Shown here piece by piece: positions 35,503 through 45,435 of a stretch of 64,000 nucleotides of DNA. The stretch lies in IMG/VR virus record IMGVR_UViG_2887127144_000001, one strand, 5' to 3'. Made by a program: the position numbers and the translations under genes. Source of the DNA: a virus. Taxonomy: Duplodnaviria > Caudoviricetes. Below the pieces are notes generated by a model. The model worked only from the letters and a program-made list of their open reading frames with translations, was not told where the DNA came from and did not search any database. How positions within the stretch are numbered: position 1 is the first letter of the stretch; every line of letters starts with the position of its first letter.

Positions 35503-36822
35503 ATGAGTGAGATTGTAATTAACGAGGTCAAGGAAGCCCTCAAGGGCATGGAGACCAAATTCTCGACCGCAATGAACGGCTTCGACGCCTTCAAGTCCGA
35601 AATCGCCCCGAAGCTCAGCAAGCTCGACAGCCTGGACGAGGCTAAGTTCAGCAAGATTTCCGAAACCATCGCCAACGCGGTCGAGGAAAGCCAGAAGCTG
35701 AACCTCAAGCTCAAAGCGGCTGAAGAAGCCATCGAGACCAAGACCAAGGCCCTCGAAACCGAACTGGCAGATGTGAAGACCGCCTTCAACCGCCAGGCCG
35801 CCTCCGGCGGCGGCGACGGCGATAAGGAAGCGAAAGCACAGCTCACCAAGCTGTTTAATCAGTTCGCCCGCTCGAAGAAGTCCCAGAACCAGGACTTCCA
35901 CGAGTATCTGGAATCGGTCGACGCCCCGGCCGAGGTGAAGGCCCTGTCGGTCGGCAGCGACCCTGACGGCGGCTACCTGGTCATGCCGGAGTTCGGCGGG
36001 ATCATCCAGACGAAGGTGTTCGAGTCGACCCCGCTGCGCCAGCTGGCCAGCGTGATCACCATCAACACCGACTCCTACGAGTACGTGCTGGATAACGGCG
36101 AGGCCGACGGCGAGTGGGTGGGCGAAACCTCCTCGGGTTCGACCGAAACCACCCCGACCCTGGGCAAGAAGTCGATCGTCGTGCACGAGCTGGCGGCCAA
36201 GCCGAAGGCCACGCAGAAGATGATCGACGACGGCATCGTGGACATCGAAGCATGGCTGGCCGGCAAGGTGGGCGACATCTTCGCTCGCAAGCAGGCCACC
36301 GCGTTCGTGTCCGGCAACGGCGTCGGCAAGCCCCGCGGCATCCTGACCTACACCGCAGGCACCGACATCGCCCAGGAGCAGGTCGAGCAGGTCGTGTCCG
36401 GTTCGGCCAGCACCGTCACCTACGACGGCATGGTCGACCTGCAGAACGCGCTGAAGGAGCCCTACCAGGCGAACGCGGCGTGGCTCTACAAGCGCTCCAC
36501 CAACGCGGCGATCCTGAAGATCAAGGACCTGGAAGGTCGCCCGATCTTCAACATGACCTACGACAAGAACGCGGGCCTGCGCCCGACGCTCCTGGGTCAG
36601 CCCGCCTACTTCGGCAACGACATGCCGGCGATCGCGAGCAACGCTCTGCCCCTGGCCTACGCCGACTTCAAGCGTGCCTACCAGATCGTGGATCGCATCG
36701 GCATCCGCGTGCTGCGTGACCCGTATACCGCCAAGCCGTTCGTGATGTTCTACAGCACGACCCGCGTCGGCGGTGCGGTGATCAACCACGAGGCGATCAA
36801 GCTGCAGAAGATCAGCACCTAA
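35503..36822 (+). CDS. HK97-fold major capsid protein
   Basis: KALSVGSDPDGGYLV, FVSGNGVGKPRGIL, RVLRDPYTAKPFV.FY...RVGG. Confidence 0.97.
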   Translation: MSEIVINEVKEALKGMETKFSTAMNGFDAFKSEIAPKLSKLDSLDEAKFSKISETIANAVEESQKLNLKLKAAEEAIETKTKALETELADVKTAFNRQAASGGGDGDKEAKAQLTKLFNQFARSKKSQNQDFHEYLESVDAPAEVKALSVGSDPDGGYLVMPEFGGIIQTKVFESTPLRQLASVITINTDSYEYVLDNGEADGEWVGETSSGSTETTPTLGKKSIVVHELAAKPKATQKMIDDGIVDIEAWLAGKVGDIFARKQATAFVSGNGVGKPRGILTYTAGTDIAQEQVEQVVSGSASTVTYDGMVDLQNALKEPYQANAAWLYKRSTNAAILKIKDLEGRPIFNMTYDKNAGLRPTLLGQPAYFGNDMPAIASNALPLAYADFKRAYQIVDRIGIRVLRDPYTAKPFVMFYSTTRVGGAVINHEAIKLQKIST

Positions 36823-36895
36823 GCCACCTCCTCCGGACGGCCGGCGCTAACTCGTCGGCCGTCGCACTCCCCACATTCGCAAGAAAGGAATCACC

Positions 36896-37336
36896 ATGCG
36901 TGACATTACTTCCAACTTCCTCGTGAAACGGGCCATCAGCCCCGTTTCTGTGTCGGACAACACCGCCCAGGTATCGCAGATCATCGATCGCCAGGGGTTC
37001 GACTCCCTCATGTTCGCAATCGCCATCGGCTCGGTCGCCGATGCCGACGTCACCTTCACCACGTTACTCGAAGAATCGGACAACTCCGACCTCTCGAGCG
37101 GCAATGCGGTGGCCGATGCTGACATGACGAGCCAGACCTACGGCACTGCCCCCGAAACCGCCGCGTCGTTCCAGTTCGACGACGACAACGAGGTGCGCAA
37201 GATCGGCTATCTCGGCAACAAGCGCTACGTGCGGCTGACCATCACCCCGGCCAATAACGCCTCGGCAGCTCTCTTGGCCGCCGTTGCGATCCTCGGCCAC
37301 GCGGGTCAGAAGCCGGTGACGCAGTCCGCGTCCTAA
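36896..37336 (+). CDS. Probable capsid cement/decoration protein
   Basis: IIDRQGFDS...LEESD...IGY.GNKRYVRL; follows the MCP. Confidence 0.7.
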   Translation: MRDITSNFLVKRAISPVSVSDNTAQVSQIIDRQGFDSLMFAIAIGSVADADVTFTTLLEESDNSDLSSGNAVADADMTSQTYGTAPETAASFQFDDDNEVRKIGYLGNKRYVRLTITPANNASAALLAAVAILGHAGQKPVTQSAS

Positions 37337-37388
37337 CCACCTTGGGGGGGGGCTCGGGCCTCCCCCGCACTTTCTTATGGAGCGATAA

Positions 37389-37769
37389 ATGAAGCAGAAA
37401 GTCAAAATGCTGAAGACCCTGGCAGGCGTAGACGAGGGGAAAGTTTACCCCGAGACCTACCGCGAAGGTCAGGAATACGCGGTCGGCGAAGATCTGCTCC
37501 GCTGTTTCGTCGACCTCGGCGGCGTGGAGCTGGTCGATGCTCCGACCTCGACCGGCAAGGCTCACAGCCGCGAGACGAAGGTCGGAGGCCCCGATGAGAC
37601 CAAGCCCTTCGACATCACGAAACTCAACAAAAAGCAGATCGTGCAGTTCGCCAAGGACAACTTCAACCTGGAGCTGAACGAGGAAGACAAAAAAGACGAC
37701 CTGCTCGCCGCCATCGAACTGGCCGCGGAGCAGAGCAAGAGCCAGAGCGAAGAAGCTCCCGCCGAGTAA
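37389..37769 (+). CDS. Hypothetical protein with C-terminal HeH/Rho-N-like motif
   Basis: LNKKQIVQFAK..........KKDDLLAAI. Confidence 0.7.
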   Translation: MKQKVKMLKTLAGVDEGKVYPETYREGQEYAVGEDLLRCFVDLGGVELVDAPTSTGKAHSRETKVGGPDETKPFDITKLNKKQIVQFAKDNFNLELNEEDKKDDLLAAIELAAEQSKSQSEEAPAE

Positions 37770-37772
37770 ACC

Positions 37773-38420
37773 GTGCTCCGTCAGTCCCTCGCCCTCGTCA
37801 CCCCTCCGGCCAGCGAGCCCGTTTCGCTGTCCGAGGCCAAGGCGTGGGCGAGGATCGACGGCAGCGACGACGACGCGACCCTTACGGCGCTCATCACCGC
37901 CGCCCGTCTGGCCGCCGAGCAGTACCTCCGCCGCTCGCTGATCACCCAGACCTGGAAGCTAACCCTCGACCTGTGCGGCGCCAGGGGCTCCGAGCCGTGG
38001 TGGGACGGCGTCGTGGACGGGCCGCTCAATTCCCTCTATGGCGGCCTGCCCAACACGATTCCCCTTCCCAGGGGGCCGGTCTCCGCCATCTCCTCGGTCG
38101 TAACCTACGACCTGGACAACTCTTCCGCGACCTATTCCGCCAGCAACTACCGCCTGGACAACTCCGGCGACCGCCTGATCCTGAACTACGGGGCCATCTG
38201 GCCCGCGAACATCCGCCCGAAGGCCGGGTGCGAGATCACCTACACCGCCGGGTACGGTTCGGCTGCCACTGCCGTCCCCCAGCCGATCAAGCAGGGCATC
38301 CTGATCCACGTCGCGAGCCTCTACGAGCAGCGTGGCAACTGCGAGGACGCCATGGCCCTGCCGCCCGGAACCGCCATGCTCTACTCGCCTTACCGGATCA
38401 TGGGGGATCGCCTTGGCTGA
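37773..38420 (+). CDS. Head-tail connector (HK97 gp6-like)
   Basis: PASEPVSLSEAK...RID..DD..L..LI.AAR..E, YTAGYG, VP..IKQ.IL. Confidence 0.92.
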   Translation: MLRQSLALVTPPASEPVSLSEAKAWARIDGSDDDATLTALITAARLAAEQYLRRSLITQTWKLTLDLCGARGSEPWWDGVVDGPLNSLYGGLPNTIPLPRGPVSAISSVVTYDLDNSSATYSASNYRLDNSGDRLILNYGAIWPANIRPKAGCEITYTAGYGSAATAVPQPIKQGILIHVASLYEQRGNCEDAMALPPGTAMLYSPYRIMGDRLG

Positions 38421-40131
38421 ATGCTGCGCGTCGATCGTCAACAGCCTGAGCAAGCGGGTAGCCATCCAGCGCGTCCAGTACCAGGCCGACGGGCAGGGAG
38501 GCTTCGAGGAAAGTTGGGCGGACGTCGCCACGGTGTACGCCTCCATCGTGCCGCTGAAGTCCTACGAGCGCTACCAGGCCATGCAGCTCGCGGTGCCGAT
38601 CACCCACAAGGTGGTCATGCGCTACAACCCGGACGTGGACGAGACGACCCGGCTGCGGTACGGCGAGCGGATCTTCACCGTTAAGGAGGTGATCAACCAC
38701 GAGGAGCAGAACCGCTTCCTGTTCCTGAAGGTCATCGAGACAGACGTCATCGACAGCAACACCGACCCCGTGGTGGCCATCAACTCGCTGACCGACGAAC
38801 TCGGCCAGCTCATTACCGACGAGCTTGACAACCCGATCGACATCACCCCCAACCCGGTGCCGATCATCACTAGCGCGAGCAATTACACCGTTACCGAAGG
38901 AGTTACACTCACCTTTGCCGTAGCGGCCGATGGTCCGGTCACCTGGAGCATCGAGGGCGCGGACGAAACCCGATTCACCCTGGTCGGTAACGTCATCACC
39001 CTGCCGTACCAGGATTTCGAGACCCCGACCGACGCCGACGGCGACAACGTCTACGAGCTCACCGTCCGGGCCACCAACGCCCAGGGCAACTCGACCGCGC
39101 AGGCCGTTCGGGTCACGGTCACGAACCTGATCGACGACATCACGCCGGACGCCTTCGTATTCCCGGACGTGCTGACGCCGCTGCGCGACACGCCCTTCAC
39201 GACAGAGACCATCACCCTCTCGGGCATGAACGTGCCCGCTAACCTGACGATTACCAACGGCCTGTATTCGCTTAACGGTGGAGAATTCACGAGCGCCCCG
39301 GCCGTCGTGTTCACGGGGGATACCATCGCCCTGCGTGCCACCTCGTCGTCGGACGGCACACCGGTGGTGGCAACACTCACCGTGGGGACCTACTCAACGA
39401 ACTTCGGCATCTACGACGACCCGAACCCGCCCGTCACCTCAGGCCTTCGGCTGTGGCTCAGTTCCTCGGTCGCCGAATACATCGTCAGCTCTGGCGGACT
39501 GGTCAGCCAATGGACGGATCGCAGCGGGAACGGGAACCACCTCACCCAGGGCACGGCGGTCAACCAGCCTACAACGGGCACCCGCACGCTCAACGGCCGC
39601 AATGCCCTCGACTTCGACGGCACAAACGACTTCATGCTCCTGCCGAGCGCACTGCACTCGATCCCCGGCGCGAACAACACCGTCTTCGTCGTGGCTCTGA
39701 GCGACACCGGGGCTGGCTCCGGTGGGGCCCAGGCTCTGCTACGTGGTGATACGACGAACTTCCAGATGCAGTTCAACCCCGGCAGCGCCCGCATCGAGAA
39801 TCGGAACCACACCAGCACCAACGTCTTCACCACCGTAACAAAGAACGCCACGGCCAACATTTTCGCCCAGTGCCGGAACGGCTCTGCCCTGACCGCCTGC
39901 TTTAACACCACACAGACCGTCAACGCCTCAGGCGCGAACAACGTGACCGTGACCGGCATCGGCCTGGGTGGCAGCGCGACCGGTACGCAACCGTTCAATG
40001 GCCTGATCGCCGAGGTGCTCGTCTACAACCGGGCGTTGACGCTGGCCGAGGCCAACCAGGTGGCGACTTTCCTGAAGGACAAGTGGAACGTGGCCAACTT
40101 CTCCGGCTCCTACGCCAGCGGCTTCGCCTGA
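38413..40131 (+). CDS. Head-closure protein fused to cadherin/Ig-like and LamG-like domains
   Basis: N-terminal RV.IQ...DGQGG...W.DVATVYA...THKV.MRY; DFETPTDADGDNVYELTVRA; LWL..VSQWTDRSGNGNH...IAEVLVYNRAL. Confidence 0.85.
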   Translation: MAECCASIVNSLSKRVAIQRVQYQADGQGGFEESWADVATVYASIVPLKSYERYQAMQLAVPITHKVVMRYNPDVDETTRLRYGERIFTVKEVINHEEQNRFLFLKVIETDVIDSNTDPVVAINSLTDELGQLITDELDNPIDITPNPVPIITSASNYTVTEGVTLTFAVAADGPVTWSIEGADETRFTLVGNVITLPYQDFETPTDADGDNVYELTVRATNAQGNSTAQAVRVTVTNLIDDITPDAFVFPDVLTPLRDTPFTTETITLSGMNVPANLTITNGLYSLNGGEFTSAPAVVFTGDTIALRATSSSDGTPVVATLTVGTYSTNFGIYDDPNPPVTSGLRLWLSSSVAEYIVSSGGLVSQWTDRSGNGNHLTQGTAVNQPTTGTRTLNGRNALDFDGTNDFMLLPSALHSIPGANNTVFVVALSDTGAGSGGAQALLRGDTTNFQMQFNPGSARIENRNHTSTNVFTTVTKNATANIFAQCRNGSALTACFNTTQTVNASGANNVTVTGIGLGGSATGTQPFNGLIAEVLVYNRALTLAEANQVATFLKDKWNVANFSGSYASGFA

Positions 40132-40158
40132 TAGCAACCAGAATGTAGAGGAATGTGA

Positions 40159-41715
40159 ATGCGGATTAACGAGTTGAACGGCGGCAATGCACTCGGCTTC
40201 GCCAAACTGATCGCGCCCAGTGCCCAGTTCCCCATCATTCAGGGCGGCGTGACCTACCCCATCGCACTTCAGGACGCCCTTCGCGCCGGCCAGTTCTACA
40301 TCGACCCCCACGCCTTTGGTGCGAAGGGGGATGCAGTGGCAAACGTGGATGGGGTGATCACGAACGGCACGACCCTCACCTCCGCGACCTACCAGTTCAC
40401 CGAGAAGGACGTGGGCAAGCTCTGCTTCATCAACTCCAGCGAGCGAACCATCACGTCCGTATCGAACGGCTCGGCCACACTGAGCGCCTCGGTATCCAAC
40501 GCCAGCGCCGTGCGCTGGCTCATCGGCACGGACGATACGGCCGCGATCGAGGCGGCGATGGAGGCGGCACGGACTGTGGGCGTCACCATCCCCGACGGGA
40601 ACACGTCCGAAACCTCCCGCTGGGGCAGCATCCCATTCGGCGGTTTGGTTCAGCTTCGCAGTAGGGGCTACCTCGTGCGCAACACCCAAGCCCGCTACGA
40701 CGCTGGGAAGCTTGGCGCCATCACCGTCCCTCGCCGGTGCGGCCTGCGTGGGGCCGGCATGGGCCAGACGCACATCTACCTGGCCCCCGGCAACATCGGT
40801 CACGGCATCGCCAACCGGGGTTCCTCGGTATCCGGCGGCGGCTGGGACGACTTCATGCAGCTCAGTGATTTCACACTGTTCGGAAACCACGACCTGCAGA
40901 CCTCCGCCTGCCTGGACGGCATCCATTACGAGGCCGCTTTCAACAACTACCTCAAGGTGGACAACTTCACCTGCATGTCGAACATCCGCGTCTACGAGCC
41001 ACGCCGGCACGGCATCTACATCAACGGTCGCGGCGAGATGGTCTACTTCAACCTCTTCGTGTACTCGGCGTTCCAGTACGGCGTGTTCATCGAGAACAAC
41101 ATGGACAGCCGCTTCTACTCGATCAACGCGGGCGGTTGTTCCCGAACCGGCATCCGCATCAACAAATCGGCGAACATCCACCTGACCAACTGCAAGTCGT
41201 TCTACAGCGGCAACAGTGGTGGAACGAATGCCGCCGACAGCGCCAACTTCGCGCTCATCGCGGACACATACCTCAACGGGCAGGTCATCATGACGGCCTG
41301 CGAAGCGCAGGAGTCCCGCGGTTCTGGCTTCTACATCACCAGCGGCCTGAACATCTTCAACGGTTGCCTCGCCGCCGATCCCAGTCGCGCCGCGTTGGTG
41401 GGAAGCAGCACCCCGCCGACCGTCCGTGCCGGATTCCACCTGGCGGACACGAACTCGGTACACGCGAACCCGAAGCACAACATCTTCAACGGATGCTACG
41501 TCCGCCCGGCCTTGACCTTGAACTACGCTGACGCCGCCGCCACGGACATGTACTGCGGCACCCACGCCGTCTACATCGATGACGCGGGCAGGGCGAATCG
41601 CGGCGACATCTACACCTTCGACCAAGCAGCCTACGACGCCTCGAAGCTCGGAGGGCCTGGCATCTCGAACGGTCGGAACACGGGGCTGCGCGTAGACGGC
41701 ACGGCATTAACCTAA
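40159..41715 (+). CDS. Pectin-lyase-like beta-helix spike / depolymerase
   Basis: FGAKGD, DDTAAIEAA, LRGAGMGQT, Asn/Gly-rich beta-helix rungs. Confidence 0.82.
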   Translation: MRINELNGGNALGFAKLIAPSAQFPIIQGGVTYPIALQDALRAGQFYIDPHAFGAKGDAVANVDGVITNGTTLTSATYQFTEKDVGKLCFINSSERTITSVSNGSATLSASVSNASAVRWLIGTDDTAAIEAAMEAARTVGVTIPDGNTSETSRWGSIPFGGLVQLRSRGYLVRNTQARYDAGKLGAITVPRRCGLRGAGMGQTHIYLAPGNIGHGIANRGSSVSGGGWDDFMQLSDFTLFGNHDLQTSACLDGIHYEAAFNNYLKVDNFTCMSNIRVYEPRRHGIYINGRGEMVYFNLFVYSAFQYGVFIENNMDSRFYSINAGGCSRTGIRINKSANIHLTNCKSFYSGNSGGTNAADSANFALIADTYLNGQVIMTACEAQESRGSGFYITSGLNIFNGCLAADPSRAALVGSSTPPTVRAGFHLADTNSVHANPKHNIFNGCYVRPALTLNYADAAATDMYCGTHAVYIDDAGRANRGDIYTFDQAAYDASKLGGPGISNGRNTGLRVDGTALT

Positions 41716-41733
41716 CGCGACGAGAGGCAGATC

Positions 41734-42078
41734 ATGTCGACCACCATTATCGGCGAGTACAAGACCGTAACCATCACCAATGGGCAACCTTCCACCGGCC
41801 CCATCGACCTATTGGGCAACCGCCTGATGGGTATCATCTGGCCCGCTGTCATGACGAATTCCGCGTTCAAGGTTCAGGTGTCCGGCAACGGCATCGATTT
41901 CGTTGACCTCAAGACGACCGAGGCGGCCAGCGCCGACCTTTCAGTCACCGTCTCCGTCGGCGAGGCGATCCCGATCACGAATGCTGCGGTACTCGCTGGC
42001 TGGCGGTGGATTCAACTCGTGGGCTCATCGAACGAACTCGGCGATCGCAGCCTGATCCTGGCGGTAAGGCCCGTTTAA
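41734..42078 (+). CDS. Small beta-rich virion-associated protein
   Basis: 114 aa; VQVS.NG.DF.D motif; GAGAGG RBS. Confidence 0.65.
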   Translation: MSTTIIGEYKTVTITNGQPSTGPIDLLGNRLMGIIWPAVMTNSAFKVQVSGNGIDFVDLKTTEAASADLSVTVSVGEAIPITNAAVLAGWRWIQLVGSSNELGDRSLILAVRPV

Positions 42079-43118
42079 TGGGGCGTCTGCTCACCCTCCT
42101 CAGTCCGCGTGGTACGGGAGACACCACGGCCCCGAGCGGGTATGCAGTGGCGTTCACCACAGACCCGATCAGCGACGTCAACGCAGCGGCGGCCGCCTTT
42201 CAGATCACGCTGGCGGAGGTCGGGGCAACCTTCGATTACACGATCACCAGCTCCGGCGGCGGTACACCCGTGGCCGGCTCTGGAACTATCTCGACGGCTA
42301 CGCAGAACGTGACCGGGGTGAACGTATCTGGTCTGAACGACGGCACACTTACCTTGTCGCTGACCCTAACCGATCTTTCAGGCAACACCGGGCTCGCTGC
42401 CACCGACACCGTGGTCAAGGCGTTCGCCCCCACCGACATTTCGAACATCGCCCTGTGGCTTGATGCGGCGGACACTAGCAGCATCACGGCATCGGGCGGT
42501 GCAGTGAGCCAGTGGAACGACAAGTCCGGGAACGCGCGCCACGCAACACAGGGCACACCGAGTAACAGGCCCACATCGGGCTCACGCACCCTCAACGGAC
42601 TCAATGTCTTGGACTTCGTCCGCACCTCGCAGCACGTGCTTGAGCTCCCGTCTGGGATGTTCGGAGTATCGGCCGGACCGAACACGGTGATCATCGTCGC
42701 TTCAGCCGACGATACCACTAACAACCACCGCCTATACCAGGGCAGCATCTCTGGTACGGTCGGGGTGTCCGTTCGATACGCCTCTACCACGACCATGGGG
42801 GTTCAGAACCGCACGACCCTGACTCTCACAAACATCACTATTACGCGAAACACGAACCCTCATGTGTTCGGATTCCGCAGGTCGGGAACCTCGATAACGC
42901 CGTTCTATGACGGCACGGAAGGTTCAACAGCCTCCACCGCTCAGGATGCAACACTCACGACGCTAGGCATCGGGCGCGATCCTGCGGCCACCACGGATAG
43001 TACGGACGGGCTGTTTGCCGAGGTTCTCGTATTCGCCAAGTCGCTTTCGAACGCCGAACTGAACAAGGTGGGCAACTACCTTGCCAGCAAGTGGGGCGTT
43101 ACTTGGGCTGGGGTGTAG
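42078..43118 (+). CDS. Ig-like plus LamG-like fibre protein
   Basis: VSGLNDGTLTLSLTLTD.SGN; LWLDAAD..VSQWNDKSGN...AEVLVF...YLASKWG. Confidence 0.8.
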   Translation: MGRLLTLLSPRGTGDTTAPSGYAVAFTTDPISDVNAAAAAFQITLAEVGATFDYTITSSGGGTPVAGSGTISTATQNVTGVNVSGLNDGTLTLSLTLTDLSGNTGLAATDTVVKAFAPTDISNIALWLDAADTSSITASGGAVSQWNDKSGNARHATQGTPSNRPTSGSRTLNGLNVLDFVRTSQHVLELPSGMFGVSAGPNTVIIVASADDTTNNHRLYQGSISGTVGVSVRYASTTTMGVQNRTTLTLTNITITRNTNPHVFGFRRSGTSITPFYDGTEGSTASTAQDATLTTLGIGRDPAATTDSTDGLFAEVLVFAKSLSNAELNKVGNYLASKWGVTWAGV

Positions 43119-43122
43119 GCGG

Positions 43123-43575
43123 ATGGACTTTGAAGTGAAGGTGGAGGGTCTCGACCGCATCCAGAACGCTACGCAGGAGATGCAGCGATCTGTCGAGGCC
43201 GAACTGGTCAAGGGCCTATTCGCCTCCGCCAAGCGCGTCGAAGCCGAGGCCAAGCGGAGCATCACGGCGGGGGGGAAGACCGGTCGCGTCTACCGTCGCC
43301 GCACGGTCACCCACCAGGCTTCCGCTCCGGGCGAGGCCCCGGCATCCGACACCGGGCGGTTGGTCAACTCGATCAACTCCTCCGTCGAGGGGTTGGACGG
43401 CGTCGTCGTGGCCGGCGGCGGGCTGGTCAAGTATGCCCGCATGCTTGAGTTCGGAACCGCCAGGATGGCCGCCCGTCCCTTCATGTTCCCGGCCCTCGAA
43501 AAGAGCAAGGCCTGGATCCGCGAGCGACTCGCTAAAGCCGTCCGCATCGCGGCGGCGAAGTCCGTGGGGCGCTGA
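43123..43575 (+). CDS. HK97 gp10-family tail component
   Basis: HQASAPGEAPASDTGRL, YA..LEFGT.RMAARPFM.PA. Confidence 0.92.
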   Translation: MDFEVKVEGLDRIQNATQEMQRSVEAELVKGLFASAKRVEAEAKRSITAGGKTGRVYRRRTVTHQASAPGEAPASDTGRLVNSINSSVEGLDGVVVAGGGLVKYARMLEFGTARMAARPFMFPALEKSKAWIRERLAKAVRIAAAKSVGR

Positions 43576-44009
43576 TGCCAACACCGGATAACGCACTCCA
43601 GGCCGGCATCTACGCCCGGCTGACCGGCTACGCGCCGCTGACCACGGCGTTGCGCGGGCAGCGAGTGTTCGATTATGTCCAACCGAAACAGTCTGCCCCC
43701 TACGTCGTGATCGGCGACGACACCATCGGGGACTTCAGCACCAAGAACGGCAACGGCTGGGACTGCACGCTCACGATCCACGTCTGGGACTTCGAGAAGG
43801 CGGGCCGCAAGTCGGTCAAGGCACTGCTCGGGCACATTTACGACGCGCTACACCGGCAGGAGGCCAGCGTCAGCGTTTCGGGCTTCGCACTTATCGAGCT
43901 GCGCTTCGACGGCTTCCAGGCCACGTTCCAGGAGACCGCTATCGAGGGAGAGAACGACCACTACTACCACGGCGTCGCGCGGTATCGGGCGCTCGTGCAA
44001 GCAACTTAG
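43575..44009 (+). CDS. DUF3168 tail terminator
   Basis: ALQ..IYARL, VFD.V, PYVVIG, TIHVW, HGV.RYR. Confidence 0.9.
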   Translation: MPTPDNALQAGIYARLTGYAPLTTALRGQRVFDYVQPKQSAPYVVIGDDTIGDFSTKNGNGWDCTLTIHVWDFEKAGRKSVKALLGHIYDALHRQEASVSVSGFALIELRFDGFQATFQETAIEGENDHYYHGVARYRALVQAT

Positions 44010-44030
44010 AGCAACATCCAAGGAGGGATT

Positions 44031-44441
44031 ATGGCATTACAACGTGGCCGCGACATGGTCATCAAACTGGGTTCGGGGCCGTCCGCGCAGCTGATCGGGG
44101 GGCTGACCGAGACGTCCATCAGCATGAACGGCACCGTGATTGACGGCAGCACGAAAGACACCGAGGGCTGGCGAGAACTGGTGGAGGACGCAGCGCTCAA
44201 GTCGTTCAGCATCGCCTGCTCAGGCATGTTCAAGGACTCGACCACCGACGACCTGATGCGTCAGAAGGCGTTCGGCCAGACCATCGACACCTACACCCTG
44301 GTCTTCCCGAACGGCGACACCATCGTGTGCGACTTCCAGATCACCGGCTACAGCCGAGCCGGTTCGGTCGAGGGCGTGGAGACCTACAACTACACGCTCG
44401 AAAGCTCCGGCATCCCCGTATTCACCAAAGCCTCAATCTAA
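44031..44441 (+). CDS. Major tail tube protein (TP901-1 type)
   Basis: QRGRD...K, D.STKD..GWREL, SG.F, Y..TLESSG. Confidence 0.9.
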   Translation: MALQRGRDMVIKLGSGPSAQLIGGLTETSISMNGTVIDGSTKDTEGWRELVEDAALKSFSIACSGMFKDSTTDDLMRQKAFGQTIDTYTLVFPNGDTIVCDFQITGYSRAGSVEGVETYNYTLESSGIPVFTKASI

Positions 44442-44453
44442 AGGAGATAACCT

Positions 44454-44810
44454 ATGGGCACCCTGACTGTTCAATCCTGTGACCGCGACGGCCTGCAATA
44501 CACCCTTGGCGCCGCAAGCACCTCGGACAACTTCGCCAACGACGGCAAGACGCTGCTGGTCTTCGTCAACGCCAACGCATCCTCGCGCACGTTGACCATC
44601 GCGGCCAACGACACCACCAAGACCGGCTACGGCGACATCGACGTGCCGAACACGACCATCACCGTCCCCGGCTCCGGTACCAACGGCGGCCGCCTGATCG
44701 TGGGTTTCTTCCCCCAGGCCCGCTTCAACGACGTCGGCGGCCGCGTGAACTACACGCTCGACAACGCCACGGACATGTCCGTAGCCGCCGTCAGCGTGGC
44801 CTCCCAGTGA
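44454..44810 (+). CDS. Tail-associated hypothetical protein
   Basis: D.FANDGK..L...N; AAGGAG RBS. Confidence 0.7.
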   Translation: MGTLTVQSCDRDGLQYTLGAASTSDNFANDGKTLLVFVNANASSRTLTIAANDTTKTGYGDIDVPNTTITVPGSGTNGGRLIVGFFPQARFNDVGGRVNYTLDNATDMSVAAVSVASQ

Positions 44811-45229
44811 CGGCCTTCGAACCTGCCCGCCCTCGTTATGTCCTTCCCTTCGCCGGGAAGGACTACGAGCTCTTCGGCACCATGGAGGTGATCGAGGCCA
44901 TCGAGTTCTCCATGAAGGAAAGCGTGCTGGACGTCTGCTTCCGCGTCATCGACATGGGCGTTACGGATACCGCGAGAGTCATAGCGGCTATCCTCTCGGC
45001 CAGCGGGCACAAGGATCACTCGCCTCGTTCGGTGAGTCAGGCCCTCATGGACATGGGTGTGGCCGGGCAAGCGTTCACCGTGCTGAGAGCACATATCAGC
45101 TGCTTCCTGCAGATCATCCTGCAGCCCCCCGAACTGCGCGAGGAGACCGCGAAGCGGATGGGGGAGGTGATGGGGAAGTTCGACGCCCGGACCGCTTCCC
45201 CTGGCGAGAATACCAGCAGTTCTGCCTAG
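44807..45229 (+). CDS. Tail assembly chaperone (G-like)
   Basis: Position before the tape measure; F.GKDYEL..T.E.IEAIE. Confidence 0.75.
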   Translation: MTAFEPARPRYVLPFAGKDYELFGTMEVIEAIEFSMKESVLDVCFRVIDMGVTDTARVIAAILSASGHKDHSPRSVSQALMDMGVAGQAFTVLRAHISCFLQIILQPPELREETAKRMGEVMGKFDARTASPGENTSSSA

Positions 45230-45435
45230 GGGCGCTGCGCTGGCCGCCATCCGAGTTCTGGAAGGCCACGACGTGGGACGTGATGCGGGCGCAGAAGGGA
45301 TACCTGGCGAGCAAGGGCGTAAAGACAGACCAGCCGCATCAGCACAAGCCCACTAGCGAGGACGTGAAGCGATGGAAGGCGTTGATTCGGGAGGCCGAGA
45401 TTGAAGAAGCCAAGCATAAGCAGGAAGCGAAATGA
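45160..45435 (+). CDS. Tail assembly chaperone T-like segment in the -1 frame
   Basis: FPWREYQQFCLGALRWPPSEFWKATTWDV; no own start; G GGG GAG and G GGG AAG candidate slip sites. Confidence 0.7.
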   Translation, partial: GGGDGEVRRPDRFPWREYQQFCLGALRWPPSEFWKATTWDVMRAQKGYLASKGVKTDQPHQHKPTSEDVKRWKALIREAEIEEAKHKQEAK

